Positions 53,201 through 64,000 of a DNA stretch of 64,000 nucleotides are shown here, in pieces. Origin of the DNA: Tubulanus polymorphus (Eukaryota > Animalia > Nemertea); NCBI RefSeq assembly GCF_964204645.1, contig NC_134029.1, positions 8,086,850 through 8,150,849 of the forward strand, written 5' to 3'. Made by a program: the position numbers and the translations under genes. The notes below the pieces were generated by a model. That model did not search any database. It was not told the DNA's origin and saw nothing but the letters and a program-made list of their open reading frames with translations. How positions within the stretch are numbered: the stretch's first letter is position 1; each line of letters opens with the position of its first letter.

Positions 53201-56200
53201 CAGCTTTACAATGTTGATTCTTACACACCATATGATTACAGCCGCCGTCTTTCTCTATCGTAACGTGGCACTTCGGACACTCCTGGAACGCGATTGAATT
53301 ATCTGTTTAGTTTTTATTTGATAAACCTGTCTATTATTAGCAGTTTGATCCAGATTTTGATCCAAATTTTGACCTAATGCAGACATTATTTATTATTGTC
53401 CACCTATGGATAAATATATGTCAAATATGTTTAATCGGGATTTCTCATAAACAGGATTAATTTCCATCGGTCGCAAATGATCCGAATAAAGTGGATTCTT
53501 GAGTACACCTCAAATGTGGATCATTTTACATTATTGTTGAGGACCTACTCTCACAGTAGAATGTTTCAGTTGCTAACATTGAGTAACGCGTTTAACGAAA
53601 ATCCAATCGATTTTTCAACAGAAATGTCCGATGTTCTTTGAAGTTGATGACCGGCCTAGAATGTGGTCACAAGTTTTGCACTCACTGTTGGGCGGAATAT
53701 CTAACGACGAAAATCATGCACGAAGGAATGGGACAGGTCAGTAAAACTGCAAATGGGTGCATAGATTGACTGTGACACAATCTTATTCTTCATCGATGGT
53801 GTGTAAGTTTTCTATATCAGTTGCTAAAGCAGTTTATGTCGGTTGCGACTAAGACATTTGCATCGGCTCGCAGAATGTTGGAACATGTGGCACCCATTGG
53901 CAATTGCAAGGGCGTATAAGTCAATGCGTCTTTGTGAGTTGAATTAGAAACCAAATTTAGTGTTAAAGATGGAAATTTTGCTTACAAAACCACTTGCAGT
54001 TTACAGTACTGATTTAGGAGGACAGTTTACCCAAATTCAAGGATATCCAAGGACCTTGAAAAACATTATTGGTTAAGAAGGAGTTTTTCAAGGAATCAAG
54101 GAGTTGTAGGGACCCTGCAAATGCAGTTCTGGGTGCACATCATTAGTAAGAGATATTTCATGCAGACGCAGCTAAGCTTTACGATGTACACTGATAGAGG
54201 TGGCGACTGCTAGAAGTCAAATTGTTAATCCCTAAAACTAATATCAAGAATGAAACTCGCCTTTGTGTTCGCTGCAATCCAGTTGGAGGTTTCGCTGTCG
54301 TCGTCGCATTTCTTGATCCATTTTTTAAGCCATCGACATTTAACAGGATCGTGCCAGTTTTCCCCACAAGAGAAGCTGCAACAAAAACGAAAATCACAAA
54401 TTACCACAAACTTTCAGTCAGAAGGGCATATGTAAGATTAAAATAAGCCAAGTTAATTGCATTTTTCATTGATATAGAACTCGTCGAATGTTTAATTTAC
54501 GCGTCTCAAGTTCTAGTTACAGTAAACCAGAAGTAAATCGGATCGGGGTAAGTCTGAAATACGCTAAAATAGATCTAGAACCGTTGGACGACATGTGTAG
54601 CCCCAGCCTCTGCAGTCATTTTAGAAGATAGATTGATATATGGATCGGACATATTTCGCTCACGTTTCTTTTTTTAATTCATAGTTTTCATTGAAAAGCT
54701 TCTTAAAAATCAAACTTTCTCAAAGTCAAGTTTTTCTCAAGAGAAAATCATCCAGTCCCAAAATACTTTTTCTATGGTAGCCTTTCCTTTTCTATGTCTA
54801 TGACTGTACATACCAGAATGTGTAGCCACATAAGCACGTCACTGGTTTGGCATCATAGTAAGCCACTTTGATAGCATTTCCGCAATCAGGAGCAGGACAC
54901 CAACGCATCAATCGATTGCACTAAAACAAACAAATCAGAACATTAATAACCTGGTACACAAAACGATTTAAGTCGACCCGGTAATTAGGTACCCGTTTCA
55001 CAAAATGAGTAATCACCACAAAAGCTTATTAAGTGTATTCCGCATCAAACCAATCAAAATTCCACCGAGTCCAGACTTCCTGGTAGATAAGATAGGAACA
55101 AGGCCCGATGTTTATATGCATCACCTTTATCAATATTCACAGAACAGAATTCTATATAGAAGTAGTAGTAATAGCAGAAGTAGTAATATTGTGGGCCAAT
55201 TCAGCCTTCATCGACCTCTGGGCAGTTTCTGGTGTACGGTTAGACATTTACTATAACATATAAATATTGATCTAGTAAGTTACTTAATTACGATCCCCCT
55301 GTTGGGCGAGACTCAGCTGTGGATCTGCGGAAACCCTAAATGACTCAATCCATTTTACTGATTAAATCTAGCCACTCAGGTTAGATAGACTACCCTACCG
55401 ACATGCACCACGAATATTCCATTCTTTGACATGTCAATTCCAAGACCTATCATGGCTATGAGCCGTGTAATTTCTACATTATACCAGTATCAATCTCACC
55501 TCTACGAAGCTGTTCGTAATGAAGTGTTGATATTTCAATTTTACTTTCGATTCTGTGATTAGCTTCCTATAAATGAAAAAACGGAGAGGTCATTTATAGC
55601 GATTATATCTGCATCAGACAGGGGATATAGGACTAATTGAGACTCTTGCACAGCCGTGATTCTTGTCCAAAGAAGTGGTCTTAAAATCTAAGACTGGTTT
55701 CAAAAGCTATTAGAAGATAAGCTTTAACGCAAAATAGGGTATCATAAATCATGACTGGCCTTTACATCTGTGCAACTCAGAACCCAGGATTTGCTGGCTT
55801 AATGAAATGAGTTTCATTTACTATGTTACTTACATAACTGTAGCGTCATCCACTAAAATGTCACAACCATGAGCAGCACAGGAAATAGTCTGAAAAACAA
55901 CAATATTAAATTTTGCTTCAGTAAAGAGAGCAGACGGCTTGCAACGAGTGAGTGCCGCAATATATATCGGTAGAGGCCGAAGAGAGTTTAGAAATTACAG
56001 ATCAGTCATTCCTGGATTCAAGGAGTTATCAAGGAGAAAATTTCAAGGAAGTTTTTGCGTCTCTTTATTAGTCCCAAAACTGTCCTCCTAAATCAGTACT
56101 GTAAACTGCAAGTGGTTTTGTAAGCAAAATTTCCATCTTTAACACTAAATTTGGTTTCTAATTCAACTCGTCGATTCTCTGAGACTGCAGTGACAATTGC

Positions 56201-58780
56201 GTCACAAAGACGCATCGACTTATACGCCCTTGCAATTGCCAATGGGTGCCACATGTTCCAACATTCTGCGAGCCGATGCAAATGTCTTAGTCGCAACCGA
56301 CATAAACTGCTTTAGCAACTGATATAGAAAACTTACACACCATCGATGAAGAATAAGATTGTGTCACAGTCAATCTATGCACCCATTCGCAGTTTTACTG
56401 ACCTGTCCCATTCCTTCGTGCATGATTTTCGTCGTTAGATATTCCGCCCAACAGTGAGTGCAAAACTTGTGACCACATTCTAGGCCGGTCATCAACTTCA
56501 AAGAACATCGGACATTTCTGATGAAAAATCGAATGGATTTTCGTTAAACGCGTTACTCAATGTTAGCAAGAAGAACGAACAACTTACAGAAACCGAGTAG
56601 TTTAAATAGCATATTTCACACATCGTCTCTTGAATGGAAGATGCAGAAGCCGTCCGTAATTTCTGAAAAAGAAGCCAATACTTACAACTTTCAGAACTAA
56701 TTGCCTAAAGCTCATGAAATACTTGTTCTTTCATCTGCAATAAACACTTAAAGTCAGACTTTTTAAATCAAGGATTGCACATAATCTCGGTCATTTTTCG
56801 TTGAAAGCTTAACACTCAAAACTCTAACCGAGGAGACCTAAATACAACGGGTTGACCATATATGTGCTAAGGTTTACGTTCATAAGACGGAAGAGGCTTC
56901 AGCTCTTAAGCTTTCCAGAACAAATTTAGCTCAGCGGTCAACTATAGGGTACCTGGCTTCATGCTTCATGCCGCCGCCACTACGTCCTTTCATCATCATC
57001 ATCATCATCGTCACAATCCGGGGAGTATACTCGAGTTATACCCGGTAACCTGAGTACAACCGGGCAGCCCCAGGCAGTCCCAACAATGGGTAACGTTATC
57101 CCCGAGTATACTAGGGCTCAGCCTGCGCATGCTTATTGTTTTAATCAGTTTTTACATTCTATTTTGCCGCGATCACTCACTTTCGTGCTGCCTTTGCATT
57201 TCTTGTACGGGCTTATCACATGTGCTTCGGCGAATAACTTATCTTGATCCCCATCCCAATATCTGAAAAAAATTATTCACTGATTTCACTACGTCGAGGC
57301 CTACTTGATCGATATATCATTTCATGGTGAACATTTTTGTTCACCATGTTTCTGCAAGCATATAGGCCTACTTCATTATCGGGGTCATCTAGTGAACCTA
57401 CCGTTCCATTAACTTCTCTTTGTCCCATCTGAAGTGATTTAGTAGAATTCTAGTAGTCGTGGCAGGAATCTGAAAATATTATGCCAAACTATAACATGTC
57501 TTTCATATTATATGATCACTGCTCGACAAAGCACTAGACAAAAAGAAACTTGGTGCAAAAGGCTACAGGTCCAATTTTTCTTGCATTGGTGGTTCTTAGG
57601 GGAGGCATACATATACCTACATCAAGTGTTCTCCATATGCTGGAATTTTGAAGGGGGTGCATTCAATCATTGTTAAGTGTGATTTTATGGCAGCTGAGGT
57701 AGCAAGGATTTTGATACCCCCCAAAAAAAGAAAAATAAAGCTAAATTCTTGTGTTATCTTTTTCTCACATTAGATCAATATACCTCAAACCAATTAATCA
57801 GCATTGAAAGAATATTGATATGCACTCTGATATGCACATTTTTTAAGGGGTGGTTGATTTGAGGGTTGGATGTACAAATGAAAGGGGTGGATGTCCCTCT
57901 AAAACCTGTTGCGGAGAACTCTGATATCTTCATCTAGATATTTGATTGCGTTCAAAATTTACCTTAAACACGATACCAGTGTGACCCATATCAATTCAAT
58001 TCAACCCGAATCATGGTCACTGTTCAACGAAGTCCAATTCAATTCACTTCAATACTTTATTGATAGTTATTTCGTAAGTTGTCGTAGGGTTACTTAATTA
58101 GCAATAAAACATAGGCCTATTCTTCTAACAAATTTATTTAAATCTGACGTTAAGTATTCTTGTCAAGATATTAGCTGGACATCGCGATGATGTTATGCAA
58201 TGAAATTCAAATTTCTTTTTTTAACTCAGTTGGGAGGGCATAGTTGCAAATGTCGGATCAACAAAAATTCGACCAAAATCTGAAATCAGAGCACTAGAAC
58301 ACACATCAGTGTTTGCTAAACTTTCTAAAACAATTTTCTACGGACAGACGAATGGATAAAAAAGTGATCATAATAATAGCCCAAAGCAAAAGGGCTCAAT
58401 AGTATGTGAGCTTTTGGGGGTAACGTAGGCTAGCCTACGCCAAGCCAATGTCCTTACAATCTCGAGCCCCAAAAGGTTTGGTTGACTGATGTCAAATGGC
58501 GCTGAAAACTAATAGGCCTACGAGCAAGAAATATTCTTTGTTAGCCTAATTTGATTAATAATACCTCGACTATTTGGTTAACCTCCTTTATACAATCGAC
58601 CATGTGTTGCACAATTTCCTCGGGCGTAAGAACTAAAAAGTGAAAATCATCGCAGTCTTGGTGTTTGCCATCCCTCGACGGCTCGCTTTCCATGCCCAAT
58701 TCTACGAATTGATCATCGTCTTCGTCGCTCGATTCGGCCCCGGAATCTTCCTCGTACAACATATCGTCGTCCAAGTCCAT
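50202..58780 (-). CDS. ARIH1: E3 ubiquitin-protein ligase ariadne-1 (RING1-IBR-RING2-Ariadne), 14 coding exons, 509 aa
   Basis: Exons in transcript order: 58780-58565, 57469-57402, 57262-57181, 56662-56588, 56495-56403, 55889-55834, 55566-55500, 54920-54814, 54375-54261, 53282-53094, 52691-52608, 51534-51358, 51166-51054, 50289-50202 (1530 nt). Acidic N-terminus; [18 protein letters not shown]; RING1 CEIC...CGHKFC..CW; [10 protein letters not shown]; RING2 [20 protein letters not shown] with the catalytic Cys; Ariadne domain [17 protein letters not shown]...[14 protein letters not shown]. Confidence 0.96.
53570..54028 (+). repeat. Inverted duplicate of ARIH1 exon 5 plus flanking intron sequence, located in ARIH1 intron 9
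   Basis: 53570-54028 is the reverse complement of 56077-56569, with about 4 intronic substitutions and one 34-bp deletion. The 93-nt exon copy (53644-53736, [31 protein letters not shown]) and its AAG / GTCAGT splice sites are unchanged. Confidence 0.95.
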
Positions 58781-58799
58781 TTCGCGACTTGTCGAGCGT

Positions 58800-59150
58800 T
58801 ACACGTACGAGAAGTTATATCGACAAAAAACTGAGTATCGAATAAAGTCGGTGTCAAAATTTCCAGCTGAAACTCTCTTCACTCAGAGACGACGGTAACT
58901 TCGTGTTTATGTCGATGACGTCATCTTCGTGCCCTTCCGTGACGTTTGGCGAAGCGTTTTATTTTGATAGCATCGTTGAATTTCCTGAACCTTTAGCTTA
59001 AATACGCGTAAATAAATTAGTCATTAGGTAGAAATAGAGAGTGACATGAGCTTTAACACAGATAAGAACGCGAAAAAGTTTCGTGACGTCACCTTTATTA
59101 TACGATGTTGGGCAATACCCCGACCAACAGATGGCAGCATCATACGGTTA
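58800..59150 (-). promoter_or_regulatory. Putative ARIH1 promoter with two full CRE sites
   Basis: CpG-rich. TGACGTCA at 58916-58923 and 59084-59091, a half site GTGACG at ~58939, and a CTCF-like CCAACAGATGGCAGCA at 59124-59139. Confidence 0.5.
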
Positions 59151-61272
59151 TTCACTTGCCGCAACTGCTCACGGTGGGCTAGGCTGCACTAAACCCGAAA
59201 TTTGTATCATTTGGTGCTAGTGACATATTCCAGTTTATCAGAAATTCTAATAAGATCTTATATTTTACATACATTTTTTATGAATATAGTCAATAACATT
59301 CGGATTAGGATTAAGATCCGAATTAAACAGGTCTCTATTGCAAAATGTGGCAATCAAAGCAAAGATTTGTTTTATTACTTCTCAGCACTCAAGCAAATTA
59401 ATTGCAATTTCGATGATGGAATTTAAATCAATTTGTCTCCAAGCAGGCCAACCTAATTTTGTGGACGCATACAATCAAGCATTTCCCTGCGCCTATAAAG
59501 TATAAGTCCTGTTCTCATTCCTTTCCGATACTTATAGGTTCTACAGGAGCTTAAAAGACCAAATTCGATCAAACGATGCAAAATAATGTGTCAATGAGAA
59601 TATACAGAGATAGATTTATTATTAATACGTACAATTCATACATGATACATTCATGTAGATAACTCACAATCTAACCTTTCTTTTTTTGTCAATTCACACT
59701 GCAACAAACTGCATTATACATCATTTACATTCGCAACCACACTAATGATTGAAGTCGTCCAACCATGAATTAATTCATAAAATTGTTATACTAGAACAGA
59801 CACCACTGAACAAGAGGACACTTTACACTGGATGAAAACTATAAAGGCACGCTGTACTAATTCAATTTATTGTTAATCGCTTTTTTTCTCGATAGAACCA
59901 AAAAGTGTACTTACAAGTCAGAAGTGATTCAATTACTATACATGACAAACTACATAGTTGGACTACTTCAAAGAAATACATACTATATAACCATCATGAA
60001 ATTCTCTCGATTTTCTCACACAAAGATGGTTTAAAAGGAATTATTTTGGCTTTCAAACCAGTATTTTTGACACTGACAGTGATTGTTCCCTCAACCTTAA
60101 CCTGGATATATAAATTGATAAAGTAACCTATGGATATGTTGTGTTTGCCTATAAGAATTTATACTTTAAAGATTATTCTAATACAGGCTTAATTATCAAC
60201 AACTGCACGATGCATACTAGTACATTACTGTATATATTTTGTAGATATTATTATACTAGCCCCAAATAATTTGTTGTATGTAACCATAGTTTACTGTACT
60301 TAAAGTATCAAACTACTCAAGAATGGCTCAAGATCATAGTGATTGAAACACTTCAGTAAAGCTGACAAGTAGTGATAGCCTTGAAAGTTGCCAAGGATAC
60401 TCATTTGGAAGAATTCTACTATCATTCCAAAACTTGCCCAATTAACTCTAAATCTGCGGTATTATTTCGGAACAAAAGCATACAAGGTATTAAAATTGAC
60501 AATAAGGTTCCGTACAATCTTGCCCGGCTACACTTGTACGTTATAGACTAAGGCTATCTTATTTCGAATAGAATTTGAGTGAAATCAATAAGACTCGAAA
60601 AATAAGAAATCATGATATGAACACATCATGCAGTACATAATATATATGCCGGATGAAAATACAATAAACTCCACCTTACGTCATTAGAACTGGGTGACCA
60701 CAATTCATACACCTCTAAATTACATGCGTTCTTGTGGTAAAAGCATAACTTTCAACCCAAAGTAAAGCAGTAAGCTAGCCAAGAATTCTTATAGGACTTT
60801 TGACTTCCCGCATGAAATGAAGATTGTTAAGTTCTGATGAGAGGCATGTAGAACATATAACAACAATGGGAAAAATGCAGGAGCGACATATATGCCATTT
60901 CCCTTAGTTTTCCAGAGTTTTATCAAAATTCGCTTTTGTCTTCCACGAGAGAAATCAGTTCTGTTTTCCAGAATCGTGGTCACCAGCATTGGTACTGTTA
61001 ACGTATCACCGAGTTGAGAAACAGGGGAAAAGGGTTTTTTCTTTAAAAAATCAGTCTTACTAAAATTCATTGACTTGAGCAGTTTACTGGAGCAAGGAGG
61101 AATCCACTGTATAATGTTCCTCATCCATTTGATTCTAATGTAACCTTAAAATCATTAAAGCAGAATGACGGGAATGATAAAATTTGTCAAACATAACACG
61201 ATTTAAAGATCAGACGCAGTGAGTATCGACGATCTCCAGACTTCTAGGAGGCAGCAGGTAGTTTTATTACAG

Positions 61273-61753
<481 letters not shown>

Positions 61754-61956
61754 AGATTGCAGTACACTGAGAAAAAAGTAACCTTTTTATCAGCAGATAC
61801 CTCCATAATATAAGGAACAAAGAAAATACACCATGAGAAAGTGGTAGGTAGCAAGCATGATGTTAGTTTTGCAATGCTCCATTTGACTATATACAGAGGA
61901 ACTTCGTTATCAAATGAACTCAAATTACTAACCTAAAATTTCATACCAAATAGGTA

Positions 61957-62294
61957 CAGTAGAACTCGCTTAATTCGGATTTCTGAATCCGGATTTTCAC
62001 TTAAGGGATCATTCACTTATTACGTACACATTAGGGTTGGGGTCGGTCAGTGCAATTGCGTACTGTAATGCTTAATGTGTATGAAAAAATGGCCGATTTT
62101 GCATACAGGGTGGGGGGGGGTGTTGAAAAAGTCACATTACATGCGTACGTAATAAATGAACGATCCCTTATTCGGGTGAAATATTTGGTCCATTTAGCCA
62201 GGAAACATGTAAACTACTATTCACAATTCGGATTTTCCTTAATTTGATGAAATATGGACAGTCCCTAGTCATCCGAATTAAGTGAGTTGTACAA
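61957..62294. mobile_element. CAGT-type MITE with a Tourist-like MITE (62002-62170) nested inside
   Basis: Outer element: TA|CAGTAGAACTCGCTTAATTCGGAT ... ATCCGAATTAAGTGAGTTGTAC. Inner element: TAAGGGATCATTCACTTATTACGTAC ... GTACGTAATAAATGAACGATCCCTTA. Confidence 0.75.
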
Positions 62295-64000
62295 TAAGCC
62301 TTAATAATTTCAAACCGGATATATAACGAATTATCGATTTTAATGAACAGATCTTGCGGTCTCCTAAAAATCATTGCAACAAGGTTTCCACTAAAGCTTT
62401 TGACTCCAATGAGGCAGAAAGATGAGCACTACAATCGAAAGAACTCTCTTCACTAATATACATTTGATCAGATCGGATCTCAAATTGTTTCGATAACAAT
62501 TTCAAGCACAAAATAAACTTTCAACAATAATGGCTTTGTGTCTGGGTGGGGTAAAAAATGTTCTAAATCTCTATCACGTGCGCCTATTCCAGACAAAAAA
62601 GAGGAGTATTCAATCAGAAATACAGCTCTGACACAGTGGCTTTAGAGAATAGCGACATCTGAATTGAGCCAGATATTGAAATAATATGACTGTTAGTCGA
62701 ACGTCGAGTATTGTTACATAGCATGCATCGATCTGTACTTAACATCAGATGTCACGGCGACTAAGAATTCAGTATTATATCCGTGCGCAATCATATGGTG
62801 CAATCGAAAAATAACCTGATATCAGTCAGTGATTTTCAAACGACACTGATTTTTTTCTATGAAATTAAACCATACATGAGATATATAATATCTTTTTAAA
62901 GGTCGCCGGTATGACCGAAACAATGAACTCTCCTTACTGTATATCCTATAGATTGTCATTTGCTCCTAACCAAATATATATAAATAAAAATATGCAGGTA
63001 GTTTTGACACATTCTTATCGAACAATAAAACCCGAATCCCATGTTTTTCACATTGTCGTGTCAAAACTACCCAAATATTTTTTCTTGAAATCTAACAAAA
63101 ATCACTGTTCAATCAAATCGAACATATTCATCGACAGAATCAATTAGCAGTAGGCGAGACAAAAGATCAATATTCGTACAAGGGTTTGCGTTACATCGGA
63201 CATCGATTAGGCCTACATGAGATCTGGGGTAAATCAGTGGTCATTGTTCACACATGTCAGAGAGAGCATATGGAGCGATTACAGATTGATCAACGGGCAA
63301 TATTTCCACAACGCAGGTTTCGGAGATAAATGATATGATTCATTATTCAAGAAGATTCTCCGAGATTCCTTCTACCCGGTAATCAGGGAGGTGGGGAGAA
63401 AACCTCCCTCCCAATCTTGACCAGACAATCACTCGAAGCTCTCTTTCATCCCTTTGGTTTTATGTTGTAGTACCATACACGCAACTACATTATAAACTAT
63501 AATATCAATATATTGTGTGGGACATATGCCAGAGACGGAACATTCAATTTAACAAATGCACCATTCAAACTTAGAGAGCATTTAATAAGTACGCTGAGCC
63601 AGAGCTGGTTCTGAAAATACACTCTATATAGTCACAATCGCACTAAATTATTTAGATCGGTCTAAATTTCGCCCGAAACAATTTAGAATGGACCAAGCGT
63701 TCACACAAGCGAAAAGTCCGTTCCAAATTAGAACAGACCAATTTGGAACGACGTAAATGACCGATCCAGGTCCGTTCTAAATAATGGAACAGACTGAATA
63801 TAATTTCATATTGCCAAAAAAGTTATATATAATGATCATCATTTATCTTAATCTGTCTGTTGCGTTTGCTGGTCAGAGTAATACATCTTTAATTCTTTTG
63901 GAAATGTCCTAGAATTTACCATAGATTGCTGTGTCCAGATATATGATAAAACTCTGTCATCAAAAATGTTCTTAATGAATAGCAGGGACTCTTAAATCTA

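Noticed and set aside
53644-53736. Plus-strand RING1 exon as part of a second, antisense ariadne gene or a mutually exclusive exon
   Set aside because: It is on the wrong strand to splice into ARIH1, no other plus-strand ariadne exons exist nearby, and flanking intron was copied with it, so it is a DNA-level duplicate.

Overview
AT-rich (~35% GC by eye), intron-dense animal genomic DNA, probably from a marine invertebrate. Four spliced genes can be rebuilt by hand with consistent splice sites and reading phases. (1) The 3' part of a probable TMEM266/HVRP1-like gene (+, 1406-3430). (2) A complete 14-exon USP3 deubiquitinase (+, 8434-14836, 500 aa). (3) A 10-exon, ~2564-aa multi-PDZ gene of the PDZD2/pro-IL-16/big bang family (+, 22220-46320). 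(4) A complete 14-exon ARIH1/ariadne-1 RBR E3 ligase (-, 58780-50202, 509 aa) with two GC-AG introns. Introns and intergenic DNA are full of short inverted-repeat elements (MITEs), several of them nested. The most unusual structure is a near-perfect inverted copy of ARIH1 exon 5 and its flanking introns inside ARIH1 intron 9. It could fold the pre-mRNA into a ~460-bp duplex that covers exon 5 and loops out an in-frame, stop-free 345-nt block (exons 6-9). Other highlights: a 143-bp-arm palindrome with degenerate hammerhead-ribozyme cores (Penelope pLTR-like), a 575-bp-arm foldback element, a MITE family whose TIRs contain a Pol III B box, and a ~475-bp pure (AT)n. From recall, the human counterparts of all four genes lie on 15q22-25. 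All calls come from manual reading; no searches were run.
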